Positions 26,702 through 38,952 of a DNA stretch of 64,000 bases are shown in pieces. The stretch is from Macrostomum hystrix. Taxonomy: Eukaryota > Animalia > Platyhelminthes. The notes under the pieces were generated by a model. The model did no database searches. It saw nothing but the letters and a program-made list of their open reading frames with translations, and was not told where the DNA came from. The stretch spans positions 6,448,001-6,512,000 of the forward strand of contig CATNEN010000002.1 of assembly GCA_950097015.1 (NCBI GenBank), written 5' to 3'. Position 1 is the stretch's first letter. Each line of letters begins with the position of its first letter. The position numbers and the translations under genes are program-made.

Positions 26702-29700
26702 ATGCATTGGAAGACGCTGCTGATCCTGCTAGCCGTTGTCGTCGCCTACCTGTTTCTCGGAGCTGTGGGCTTTCACTACATCGAACGGCCAACTGAGGAA
26801 TCCAAGGAACTGGAGCTGCTCACTTTGACCTCAAAGTTTCTGTGTGAGGCATTTTTTGTTTTTCTTAGGACATGAAAGCGTAGGATTTTCACACAATCAA
26901 CCAATAAACAATAAGAAATATACAATGCCCTGAGAAAAGAAACATGTCTTACACTCAACCCTGCTCGACAGTCGCAACAATGACTGAAAATAGACGAACG
27001 AGTTGAATATTATTTCATTTACATTATCATGCGCACAATGTGCATTGTGCTTGCCGATTAACATTAGAGATACAGCTGGGGAAATACCCACATTTTCTAT
27101 TTTTCTGTGTCTCCCAAAATATTCAAACAATCTCCATTAAAATGCAAAAAGCGGGTTATAATTTTCCACTCAGTCCGATGAAACAACTTCCAGAATCACA
27201 GAACAGTGGCATCGTCGAGACATTCAACGATTCTAAACGATCAGGAAACACAAATATAGGCATATTTCTTCTGCTCACAAAATTTCAGCATGTAACCATG
27301 TTGGCTATCTTTGTTAACTATTTTGATTTGATAAAATCGTATTTTTTCTTTTCCTGAAGCAATATAGATTCGCCATAGCCTATAGAGTCTCCACCAGAGG
27401 ATTTAGCCTAGTGGTTAGGGTGTCGGACTCACGACTTGAAGGTCGGGGGTTCGATTCCCGACTCCACTGAAACAATTTGTGTCCTTTGGCAAGACACTTA
27501 ACTCTGCATTGGTTTAGTTCACCCAGCTGTTAAATGGGTACCTGCATTAACTGGGATAATTGAAGGTAGGTGTGGCGTCCCCCAGTCCATTGGACTGAAC
27601 AGCTGTACGCAGTCTATAGATGCGGCTGTGCTGTCGGCTGCACATCTGGCCCGATTGGGACAGGTGTAATCAATTATATTATCGCCTGTAAAAGTTTATA
27701 CGCATCAGCAATCATACTCGTACTTGTTACTCGTGGGTGATTTTGGATTAATAATGAGCAAGGACTACATGACATGGTTGATTTAAAAAATAACAGAAGC
27801 ACATTGAAAAAAATGCAACATATTAAATCTGAAAACAGAAATGTAAACTGCGATCTACTCGAAAAATGCATAGTTTTTTGGACATGGAAAAATACAATTG
27901 AACAGTTACACATTTAGATACGAAAATTTTAAAATAAAACAATGACCTCAGGGCAGCGGACAGAGCCTCCCACTTTCGCTTTGAATTCACCTAAACTGAA
28001 TATGAACCTCGTTCTCTACCTCGACTCTACACATTGGGCATGTTCTCTATTTTCGTAGGCGATTTTTTGGTCTTACTGGGAGAGAAAACAGCAACGACCC
28101 TCTTTGTTGCAGCCCAGTACAAATGCGTCGACTCCAACAACCTGAGCGCGCTGTTCTCCCAGGTGCTCGACGCCTACAAGGCCGGCTACCGCCTGGGTGA
28201 CAATGGCACTGTGATCGCCCCGGCGCCCAAGTGGGACTACCCCAGCGCCGTGTTCTTCTGCATGACCGTCATCACCACGATTGGCTACGGCAATCTGTCG
28301 CCTTCGACGCCTGGTGGCCAGGCCTTCTGCTGCGTCTACGCCCTCATCGGCATCCCGCTGCTAGCCATCCTACTCAGCGGTATCGCCGAGCGGGTCAAGG
28401 CGCTGAAGGAGCGCGTGCAGGACTGCGCGTGCTGGAAGGACAAAGGTCGTGTTCCGGAGGCTGTCACCACGACGCTGTACTTCGTGGTGGGCATGGCGCT
28501 GTTCATTTTAGTGCCTGCGGGGGTGTTCACGACATTGGAAGGCTGGAAGTACACGGAAGGCATGTACTACAGCTTCGTCACACTCTCCACCATCGGATTC
28601 GGAGACTTTGTGGCTGGTGAGCCCCCCAAATTGTGCTTTTTAAACAAGCTCACGGCCCTCTACACAGATAGCTCAGTTCTGTGAGACGCAAAAGGGCTTT
28701 TACACCCCATTCTATATCTTAGCCATCTATGATTGCACTGAGTAAAAGTGAATTAAAAGTCGCTGTTTACAACAGAGAATTTCCAAAACAGCCAAGCCTT
28801 CCATACGAAATCGCGCTGAGCACAGTTGTTTCAACCACGTGTGCGCCATATGGTGTGACAGCATATGTTTTAGGCACAGTTGGGCTTCGTTTTTTAACTT
28901 TATATGCGTTGATATTAGAGAAATTCCCCAACAGAAACGCACAAGTTATTTAACTTTCGTTTATTGTTCAATAGCAAGTTTAAATTCATTTTCTTTACAT
29001 GTCTTTAACTGTACGATAGAATTTAGCTGTTCGTTGTTGGAAATTGCTACATCCTATGTTCTCTGTGCATCATTCAGACAATGACATCTGGTTGCTGGGC
29101 ATTATTGTAAAGAGACTGTTGGCTGGGCAGGTGTGTACGCTTATTGATCAGGTCGCTAGCTTAGTGTGTTGGTCAATATTACCAATTTTTTCCATTTTTG
29201 CCAGCTTCCCTAAATTTCGTATTATCTGACGTTTTTAATATGCATCTGGGGTCAGTGCGGCTAACGCATTTTTGCTTTTTGCACCAAGGTCCCTGAGCTC
29301 GATTCCGCAGCGAGGACACATTCATTTGGGGCGCAGCAGAGAAAGCTTAGGGGCTTGTCGTGCAATTTACTCCTTTGAGGGCTAATACACAGTGAAAGTG
29401 TACACTGCCTGAGAAAGTCAGGGCAGATGTACACACTTGTGTGAGCGTGTGCCTGCGTACGGTATCTGTGTGCGTGAGTGAAGCAGAATTGCCTCCTCGC
29501 TGGCTGCGGGTCTACTGTCACCAAATGATGGACCTCGTTGAGTGCGATTTGCCCTGCGTCAACGCTTCATCACCCCTTTGTGGCCAGTGTAAGAATTTTC
29601 TGGTGAAACAAACATCTTGAATCGCTTTCCGCAGGCCAGAACGTGAATTCGGCAGTCTACAAGTTCGGCCTGTCGCTGTGGATCTACATTGGCCTGGTGT

Positions 29701-29870
29701 TCATGTCCGGCGTGATCTCCACAGTCCAGGGCCTCATCGAGCGGGGTACCAAAAATGCGGAGGCCAAGGTGGAGGCGTCAGAACTACCAGACGGCCTAGG
29801 AAAAAGCGAGGAAGCTGCTCGCTCAGGATCAGAGAATCCAGATGGTATTAAGCTTGATGTTGTCACCTGA
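26702..29870 (+). CDS. Two-pore-domain potassium channel (K2P/KCNK), 293 aa; exons 26702-26843, 28113-28616, 29635-29870
   Basis: TREK/TALK-like N-terminus MHWKTLLILLAVVVAYLFLGA; pore loops TTIGYGN and STIGFGD; four TM segments; phase-consistent introns. Confidence 0.93.
27400..27600 (+). mobile_element. tRNA-derived SINE family B with CORE-like central domain (K2P intron 1)
   Basis: A-box TAGCCTAGTGGTTAGG, B-box GGTTCGATTCCC, then TGTGTCCTTTGGCAAGACACTTAAC...CTGTTAAATGGG resembling the MIR/CORE consensus as recalled. Confidence 0.65.
29251..29527 (+). mobile_element. SINE family A copy (K2P intron 2)
   Basis: Homologous to 11135-11390. Confidence 0.78.
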
Positions 29871-30841
29871 GTAAAGCTCTCATCTTTGATTTGTAATTGT
29901 CAAGTCATGTTGGAGTCGGATCCAAAGCCAAATGCTGACTGTACATGCAATTACACGGTACAGTTTCTACCCGCCAAAACGTGAAATGGCACGGTTCCTC
30001 GCCTCTTTGGGCTGTGATTTTTCTATAAATACGAAATTTTGTGCTGTCCGTGAATGACCTCCTTTTTATGAAACTGTTGTAAATTTTCTGTAGACTGCTG
30101 ATTCTGAAATATATACCTACTCAGAGTACTAAATACTTTGGTTAGGTGACACAAAGGAATAAAAGTTACATTTACAATCATGGAATATTTTTTCTCTTAA
30201 ATTTTTGCGCCCTAATATTTGTGCGAAATATTCCTTAGTTACTACTGACACGTGGAGTAATTGTTAAAGTAGTAGAATTGCAAGTAGTTTTCGTAATTAT
30301 ACTTTACGAAATGGTATCACTAAAACATCAATTCCTAATCATTTGTGTGAGGAGAACATTGTTTGATGGCGGCAGACTCGTTGTCAAATCATGTGTACAT
30401 GTCACACATACCCTTCATTTTCCTTAGCTAAAATGAAAGGGTTCAAATGAGTATTACTTGATTCACGGACTAGGCACTCATTAAAGCTTTTTCTAATCAG
30501 CAAGCCTTTTCCAGATCGCGTTAATCTGTTGCTTGGACCAATGCTTAGCTTCTGTGACTACCACTTCGACACGCGAAAAAATCGATCATATGTCTCAGAG
30601 TTCTCGTACAGTTAGTTCTCTGGTTGGAGCAGATCTTCCCACTCAACCCGCTAGGCAAGAAAGGAGACGAGATTACCGTTCGTGCATTGAAGGGAACGAC
30701 TTTAATTTACTTTAGCTTGCTAAAAAAACCGGATATATATAGTTCAGAGTGAGCTCAAATCTGTGCTCACTGAACGCAGATCTGGATCTCAAGGACGGCT
30801 GCTCAAATAGCGATTCTCTTTTTGTTTGAAGCAACGGCGAC

Positions 30842-31507
30842 ATGCTGCTCCTGCAGCTGTTCCTAGCAGCACTGCCAGCAATCGCTCACTGCTTCGACAA
30901 CTACCCGAAGCGACTGGCCTTCGAGCTGCCTGACAGCGGAAGGTTCTGTTTTTACCAGGCGTTTGAAGCGGCCGAGGCTCGTGATTCCTTTCTGCTGCGC
31001 TTTCGAGTGGTCCGAGGCGGTAACAACGATGTGGACTTTGACATTCGCTCGCCAACTGGAGAGAAAATCTACTCTAAGCTAAGGGCGCGGGTCGAAGAGC
31101 GAGTCTTCAAGTTCCTCGGCGGTAGCGTGGGCGCCTACGCCTTCTGCTTCAGCAACGAGTTCTCAACGGTCACGCACAAGGTCGTGCACTTCTTCCTGGA
31201 CAGGAGTCGGGCGGAGTCGCTGGCCGAGGAGGCGGGAGCCACCGCGCCAACCGCCCTGACGCTGCTGCAGTCGGAGCTTGAGTCCATTCACCAGAAGCTG
31301 GTCAAGGCAGAGTCGGCTCAGAGCATCCAGCGAGCTCGTGAGATCGACGGCCGGGCACTCAGCGAGGATGTCAACCGACGGGTGGTGACTTTCAGCGCAC
31401 TGCTGACAATTGCTGTGCTAGTGTGCGGCCTCGGGCAGGTGGCGGCGCTGAAGGCGCTTTTCGGCGGAGTCGGCAGGCGCACAGTTTCTGCCAGCCAGGT
31501 GCTCTGA
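30842..31507 (+). CDS. p24/TMED (emp24/gp25L) cargo receptor, 221 aa, single coding exon
   Basis: Signal peptide, GOLD domain (CFYQ, FRVVRGGNNDVDF, YAFCFSNEFSTVTHKVVHF), coiled coil, C-terminal TM; resembles the p24-gamma (TMED3/7) group. Confidence 0.92.
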   Translation: MLLLQLFLAALPAIAHCFDNYPKRLAFELPDSGRFCFYQAFEAAEARDSFLLRFRVVRGGNNDVDFDIRSPTGEKIYSKLRARVEERVFKFLGGSVGAYAFCFSNEFSTVTHKVVHFFLDRSRAESLAEEAGATAPTALTLLQSELESIHQKLVKAESAQSIQRAREIDGRALSEDVNRRVVTFSALLTIAVLVCGLGQVAALKALFGGVGRRTVSASQVL

Positions 31508-32146
31508 TGTGTACTTTCTTTGTTGCTAGTGCTTATCAAATAATTTAATGACCATTCATTGGCCATCTCTAATAAAAACCCAAATAAAAACTGCTTGCAC
31601 CTTAGCCAATCTTAACCTTATCAAAGTTTGATCTTTTTCACGGTTTGAAAAGTTTTCTTCTCCTACGTATCGGTTTTAAATGATGCGTATCTCTAGGCAA
31701 TTTTAGCTTCAGTGTGTTTGTGATGTTCTTTATGTTGGTAATTACAAGAAGAAATTACTTTGATATTTTCATACTCTTTGAGTTTCCGTATGACTTGTTC
31801 GCTTCTTTTCCCAAACGTTCAAAGTGTGAAAATCATGGCGGAATCGCGAATTTTTTTAGCAGAATTTCGATGGGATTAAGTCTCACCTGCATAAAATGTC
31901 TCACGAAGGCAAATCTAGATTGATTTAGAAAATGCCTGCATGGATTCAGTTATCAGTGACACTTGTCTTGTTTTTGGCAGGCTTGTAAAAACTGAAGTGG
32001 ATGGATTTCAAATTTCGTCGTCAAGCTGAAAATTTTAATGAAATCTCACATGCGGGCTCGCAACAGAAGCGCTGATTATAATAAAAGAAATTGGCTGAGC
32101 ATCGCGCAGAATGCTAGCATGAGCATAATATTGCTGCGTCAACAAG

Positions 32147-33506
32147 ATGCCGATTTTTCGTTGGAAGAAAAAGTCTACGATGGAATCGTCGTCTCGACAA
32201 CAGAATCGGAAAGCTCTGAGCTGGCAAGAAGTTCAACAGAGGCTGGATGGAGCTTCACCTGAGATAAAGGTGAGTTGTGAGAATATCACAGGATAAGATC
32301 TCAGGGCTTATGCGGAGAAAATGGTCTCTGAATGGAGTTGTTTTAGAATAAAGAAAAAAATAAAAATAATTACAGGAGGGCTGTGGGCAATGGCATATCA
32401 TTTGGTGACACTAGACCCACAGCCAGCGAGGAGGCAATTCTGCCCATTTCGCTGACTCCTGAGCACACACGCACACAGATACTGTACGCAGGCATACGCT
32501 CACACAGGTGTGTACATCTGCCCTGACTTTCTCATTGTCAGGCAGTGTACATTTCACTGTGCCTTGGAGGTTGGCCGTCAAGGGCGTAAATTGCACGACA
32601 AGCCCCAAGCCTTCTCTCCGCGGCTGCGCCCCAAATCAATGTGGCCTTGACGTGGAATCGAACTTAGGGACCGTGGTGCGAGAGGCAAACGCGATAACCG
32701 CTCTGCCACCGACCACCCTGAGTTGTTTTAGAAAGCAAGTTCATTAAAAAGTTACCCCCAATCGTTTCCATAGACGACCTTCGCCCAACTTTCCTCGGAG
32801 TTGCTTCAGCGCGAATCGATACACTTCATCGATGACGTCATAAAAATGCGAGCTGACATGCGCAACCTCAGCGAGACCATCGGCCGCAAGCAGCAGGACT
32901 TGCGGGCTCAGGCTGAGATGCTGGGTGAGCTTAAAAGGCCTAATATATACAATGAACACAAGTTTTGGTCTGGTCCTATTGCGAATGAGAACTCTGAATA
33001 TATCCTCAGCGGGTCAGCGGGATGGTCCCTCGCTGTTGTACACGGAGGGCGACAAGGCTGCAGCTGCCATTGAGGAGCAGCGAATCGCAGCTGCCCAGTC
33101 CAGGAGCCGCGTCGAGGAATTTCTTCGCGAGGTTGGCCGGGATCACTGTCAGAAGCCGGTGGCCATGTCGGTGACTGCAGCGGCTGCTAAGCGTCGCGAG
33201 CAGCCTCTACCGGAGTACGCGAGGCGCGCTCGGCCAGCTGGAATGCCGGGACGTGGCGAATCCAACTGGCGCCTCGTGCTGGAAAGATCATCGGCCGAAG
33301 AGGACAGCTCAAGCCAGGTGCGAGTCTATGCCAATCCGGAGGAGGCTGCAGCCGAGGCTGCCGAGCTCCTGGTCGGTCTGCAGTTGCTGGACTCGCGCTT
33401 GACTGAGGAGCGGATGCGACAGCGAGAGACTCTGCGGCAGCGGCGGGAGGCGAGGAAGGTGGCTGCGGCTATGCTTGAGGCCACCTGCGCTGAGCATGAG
33501 AGGTGA
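32147..33506 (+). CDS. Uncharacterised coiled-coil protein, 256 aa; exons 32147-32269, 32774-32924, 33010-33506
   Basis: Consensus donors AAG|gtgagt and G|gtgagc; phase-matched acceptors; continuous 771-nt frame. Confidence 0.6.
32365..32716 (-). mobile_element. SINE family A, full-length copy (intron 1 of the coiled-coil gene)
   Basis: Head GGTCGGTGGCAGAGCGGTTA..., B-box GTTCGATTCC, 3' end CCCTCCTGTAATTATTT. Confidence 0.82.
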
Positions 33507-33739
33507 GCAGAGCAACAGCCGACTCAAGAAGAACTTGGAAAAGTGCGTTCAGACGTGAATTCGGGGTGATGAGCGGAATAAGTTTACAGCTCGTAGTTTC
33601 GTAAAGGTGACAGTTAGGAATTGTCTGGTGCACATAACGAGGCTCAAAGCTGAGCAAAGAGATCTTAAAGAGATAATCCAACGATGTAGTTTATTTACTC
33701 AATGATACATATAGGGATCGATCAGGTTAACAAATTAAA

Positions 33740-34260
33740 AGCTAGCCCTAATTGGCCTTAATTAAATAACGAAGCGAAACTGTGTCAGTATACTATTTGG
33801 GATTGGTTGTGAGAGCAGTCTAATGCTTATTGCCTCTCGCACCATGGTCTCTGAGTTCTATTTAAAGCAGAAAGCAGTACTAGCACTAGAGCAGTATTTA
33901 AACTAAAAAGTTTCCTCTTCGCACCCGCCAATACTGACTAGCGGTCAGCGGGCCAAGAAGCTCCAAGAGGACGCGCTGCGAGAGCGGCTGGAGGAGGCGA
34001 AGAGGCGTCATCTAGAAGCTGCGGCCAAACCACACCATCAGGAAGTGTCCGTGGAGCTGCTGCCGCCAGTCAGCAACCAGGATTCCGAGGTGCAGCAGCT
34101 GGATCCGATGGTTATCGATGCGAGCTGCCAGCCGACGGACCTGCTGCTGGACTTGGATTGAACTCGAGAACTTCGTGAAAGCGAAAAGTGCGAATGTGGT
34201 TGCTAAACAGAAAAATCACTGTTTATTCTGTTTGGCACTGTACAACTCTAGAGGTTCTAG
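33740..34260 (+). repeat. Duplicated segment with a terminal-exon-like ORF (KKLQEDALRERLEEAKRRH...DLLLDLD*); second copy at ~51115-51630
   Basis: Near-identical direct copy at 51115-51630. Confidence 0.85.
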
Positions 34261-34369
34261 AAGCATCGAGGAAAATTCCTGCACGAAAGCATTCAGATAC
34301 TTTCCAGTATTTTTGTGCCGGATGATAAGCGGAGTGTTGTTCGTGATTTCCTCGAGTAATAAAATCCTT

Positions 34370-35292
34370 GAATTGCTTGCACCTTAAGCAATCTTACTTA
34401 ACCTTATCAAAGTTTGATCTTTTTCACGGTTCGAAAAGTTTATGCTGGTGATTACAAGAAGAAATTACTGTGATATTTTCATACTCTTTGAGTTTCGGTA
34501 TGACTTGTTCGCTTTTTTTCCCAAACGTTTAAAGTGTGAAAATCATGGCGGAATCGCGAACTTTTTTAGCAGAATTTCGATGGGATTAAGTCTCACCTGC
34601 ATAAAATGTCTCACGCAGGCAAATGTAGATTGATTTAGAAAATGCCTGCATGGATTCAGTTGTCAGTGACACTTGTCTTGTTGTTGCTAGGCTTGTAAAA
34701 ACTGAAGTGGATGGATTTCAAAATTCTGCCCATTTCGCTGACTCCTGAGCACACACGCACACAGATCCTGTACGCAGGCATACGCTCACACAGGTGTGTA
34801 CATCTGCCCTGACTTTCTCATTGTCAGGCAGTGTACATTTCACTGTGCCTTGGAGGTTGGCCGTCAAGGGCGTAAATTGCACGACAAGCCCCCAAGCCTT
34901 CTCTCCGCGGCTGCGCCCCAAATCAATATGGCCTTGACGTGGAATCGAACTTAGGGACCGTGGTGCGAGAGGCAAACGCGATAACCGCTCTGCCACCGAC
35001 CACCCTGAGTTGTTTTAGAAAGCAAGTTCATTAAAAATTTACCCCCAATCGTTTCCGTAGACGACCTTCGCCCAACTTTCCTCGGAGTTGCTTCAGCGCG
35101 AATCGATACACTTCATCGATGACGTCATAAAAATGCGAGCTGACATGCGCAACCTCAGCGAGACCATCGGCCGCAAGCAGCAGGACTTGCGGGCTCAGGC
35201 TGAGATGCTGGGTGAGCATGTCAGCTCGCATTTTATGACGTCATCGATGAAGTACACGGAGGGCGACAAGGCTGCAGCTGCCATTGAGGAGC
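34370..35292 (+). pseudogene. Rearranged partial duplicate of ~31595-33078 (exon 1 deleted, exon 2 kept, templated insertion); includes a SINE A copy at 34724-35003 (-)
   Basis: Direct sequence identity; deletion junction near 34722; inverted insert at 35217-35253. Confidence 0.85.
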
Positions 35293-36761
35293 TTCACCGA
35301 AATAGCCGGTCTCTATTGTCATTGGCCAATGATAAAATGTTTCATAATGGTTTCGGCCATAGAAACAAGTCATTAATGGAAACATTAAAGACCGCTTTTA
35401 TCGTTGGTCAGTTGGTAATGGTAAGTTGTCTTTAAAGTAATCCAAGTTGTTCAGAAAAATAAGCAGCGTTTTTTGGTTCTGTTTTCAGCTCCAATTGAGA
35501 TGTTGCACCCGTGAGCCTCATTGAAGACGGTCTCATCTTGAAGGCTAGACTCGAACGAAGAACTCGCCCGGCATGTTGTGCAGCTCGTGGGGCACAGCGG
35601 GGAACTTGAGCAGTTGGCAGACGCCCTGACCGACCAGAACTGCCTGGCAGTCGGCGTTGCAGTTCACGAAGCATTCCACGTTGCTATTGATTGGCTGCGG
35701 GCTGCGGTAGAACGGTCCGCTGGAGGAGCTCACATTCAGGTACAGTCGGTGAGTTTTTACGAGGAAGAACGGTGTGCCAACTGGAATGACATTTCGGTTG
35801 TGAAGAAGTTGAGCTCTTGAATGCATCTTGCTAATTACCTCGCAGCATGTCCTATAGCCATTGTTCAATGTACTGCGTCATTGTCGTCTGACCACAGTAT
35901 GAAGGAATGATGTAGTAGAAAAATGCTATGAGTGCACCGATGGCGTTAGCAACTGTACTGTGCGCCTGGACGCCTCCTATCCATTCAAATATGAAGCTCA
36001 AAATGTCTATGGTAACAAGACAGATATAGCAAGCGTGGCCATAGCCAAGGCGTGCTACAATGGTAAGTTGTCTCTATGGTTTCAGAGTATGGCAACGCTC
36101 AAATTGCCACACAATATTATTGTCTTACGAGCTTATTGATTAAGCCTACCCCACGAGGTATGTGCCAATGACGATTGCCACATATGTGCCACATATGTGC
36201 CACATATGTGGCAAGAACGACGCGATCGGAGTCTCTACAAGTCTGCTCTATGTGTTCAAACCGCTATGAAGCGTGATGTCAATGTTGACATAAATCCTGG
36301 AGCCACTGAATCGGCTGCTTTGGGGCCTAGTACCTCAGCAACTGCTTGTCAGCTGCGTATGGCTACTGAGTCGGAGCAACTCTGAGTTGTATCGTGTCCT
36401 GAGAAGCGCATGCGAATACACGTTGATGGAGGCGCCAATATAATCGACTTCTTCTTCGAATAAGTGAATTGAACTGACGATGTTATTCGACGTGACTGCT
36501 TGCTTTTCTACATGTTTGTATTGGATTGCCCACTGCTCGTTCAACTACATGTGTTAAACTTATGCCATGCGTCTTTGCAAAAATAAAACGTTAAATATTA
36601 TCTGAAAAAATGCATTGTCTTGCATAGAAAACTATAGAGAGATCGTTAAAATGCTAGGCAATGAAATCTATTTTTAGTTAATTGACCATAGACTACCAGG
36701 ATTTCTCAGAATTGCTGCTACGAGGGACTGAAAGAAAAAAAACGAGGCACTGCTGAGCAAT

Positions 36762-37260
36762 TTGAGTCGTGAAGACCATAGTGAAGATGAAGAACTTGGA
36801 CGATTTATCCAGTTAATCACCGACTTTACAAAGAATGACTGGAGCATCGCAGGAGTTGAGCTGTCTGATCTGCCCGAGACTGAAGAGACTGCAGGCACAT
36901 ACGGGAGTGCCATCGACAAGAGGGAGTTGGATTCGCTTCCAAGAACTACTCGAGATCAAATGATTCTACATGGACAGAAATTTGTGGACTACCTTAACTC
37001 TCTTGGTTACCCACTGAACGCTATACGTATTATGAGAGTAGAGATGCTTAACGAGTTTCTCCATCTCTATACTACTTCCGATTGGTGAAACCTGATGGCG
37101 ACATGTACTCTGCGTCAAGCCTCTATCAGGGGCCGGGATCCAGCGAAGTGAAGCGAGAGGTCAACATCATCGACGCGCCTGAAGTTGGCAACGCGAATCG
37201 CATGCTTCGCATGACAGTCCGTGACTTTCAAGCTTCAGGTGGCTGCAACCTCAAGAAGCT
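36762..37260 (+). pseudogene. Degenerate Crypton-like (DUF3504-type) N-terminal fragment
   Basis: LNEFLHL/YYFRLVKPDGDMYSASSL...VNIIDAPEVGNANRML across a frameshift; catalytic C-terminal half absent. Confidence 0.55.
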
Positions 37261-37523
37261 TTTTCAGTACTTTAATCAGTTTGCGTTCTTTTGCATTAGT
37301 ACTGTTGCGTACTTTTACGCTAATACGCTGAAAAACGAATGAGCAGATCGAAGTCTATGGTCAGAACATCAATGTCTGCGTGTGACAATAAGAAGCGTTG
37401 CAAGTAGGCTTGATCTATGTGACAATCAGCCCTAATTGGTGGACGCCAAAATGCCCCTCCGATTTGATACGATACAATACGATACAATCAAAGCGACCAA
37501 TCTAAGGAGAAGCAAGCAGTTGG

Positions 37524-37949
37524 TCAAAAGTGCTCACTCGGACGCAGGTAGAGCAGTCGGTACACCGAGTTACGATCGCCTGCTCCGCAGATCTGGCTGC
37601 CATCTCCATAACAAGGCTTGTTGCAGTCGGTGGCAGCTGCAACGCCCTGACTGCCGTAAGAGTTGCCGCAGAAGCAGTGGGCTCCATTCTGGACACCAAA
37701 GTAGACAAAGCTGCCGATGCTGCAGATGCTGCTGCACAACTGCAGAGTCATAGAATGCATAAATACGCTCTTTTGGGCTGTGTTCACGCTGTAGGACCCG
37801 ATGGTGGACATGCCGGCCAGGCCGGCAAGGTCCTTGACACTGCCAGTGTTGTCCACGTAGCAGCCGATGGGACCGAACTCAACGGCCAACATGCAGCGAA
37901 GGACCGAGCAGCAAAGCAGTTGGCGGATGAGAACAGCAAGTAGTCTCAT
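37524..37949 (-). CDS. Secreted single-WSC-domain protein, 141 aa
   Basis: Hydrophobic N-terminus; IGCYVD...MTLQLCSSIC...YFGVQNGAHCFCG...CNKPCYGD..ICG...RNSVY with the WSC cysteine pattern. Confidence 0.88.
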   Translation of the reverse strand: MRLLAVLIRQLLCCSVLRCMLAVEFGPIGCYVDNTGSVKDLAGLAGMSTIGSYSVNTAQKSVFMHSMTLQLCSSICSIGSFVYFGVQNGAHCFCGNSYGSQGVAAATDCNKPCYGDGSQICGAGDRNSVYRLLYLRPSEHF

Positions 37950-38688
37950 TGCGCAGACCTTCGTCTTGTTATGAGTTTTTTTACAGTCTCCGTTAGGTTG
38001 GACTGATGCGATCCTATTCATTTATTATGTTTATGCCAGACTTAATTTTTTGGCATTGAAGAGAAATAAATTGGAGTCTGAATCGGTTGCTAAGCGATGC
38101 TGACAAAACTGTTCACTTCCCCCTCCCCCGTGCCACTGACGTGTTGCGCATTCAGTTTCTGTAGCCTACGGGCCTGCCCTGTCCTATAGGGGCTCATTAA
38201 TAATATAGTAGTGGGACTTGGAAACAGCCGATGTGGTGTGTGTTGCTATGTAAGCTGGCATAAGCATTATAGCGAGGATAATGTGGATGGAAAGCAGGAA
38301 ATTTAGATTTTGATTTGCAACTGGCCGGATGCTGCCTTGCGCGTGTTCAGAGAAGTTGCACGCTTCAGTTAAAAAAAGAACTTTAAAACTGAGTTGCAAC
38401 CATTAAAACAAAAATAACTGTACAATAGCACCGTACTATTCAACATTATTTCTGTGTTTGGTTCAGAGATTCGGATGCCACCATGGACTTGAGGGGACCC
38501 AGCGGTATTTATGTTTTAGGGACACAACAGTTCCCAAGTACAAGCCGGAATTGGAATCTAGCAATTGGAGTGCAGTCAGAGACCGTTAATCATCATCAAA
38601 TATTTATCATTTTCTCATTATCGTTTATCATTATCATTTTCTATTTTCTCTGTGAAACTGAAAACTAAATACGATTATATAGGCCAGA

Positions 38689-38952
38689 TAATAGACCTTC
38701 CACCAGCCCGTCACTCCGCATTCTATCCAGCCACTGCCAGATTATAGACCTTCCACCAGCCCGTCACTCCGCATTCTATCCAGCCACTGCCAGATTATAG
38801 ACCTTTCACCAGCCTGTCACTCCGCATGCTATCCAGCCACTGCCAGATTATAGACCTTTCACCAGCCTGTCACTCCGCATTCTATCCAGCCACTGCCAGA
38901 TTATAGACCTTTCACCAGCCTGTCACTCCGCATGCTATCCAGCCACTGCCAG
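38689..38952. repeat. 53-bp tandem repeat, 5 units
   Basis: ATAGACC recurs at 38691, 38744, 38797, 38850, 38903. Confidence 0.95.
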
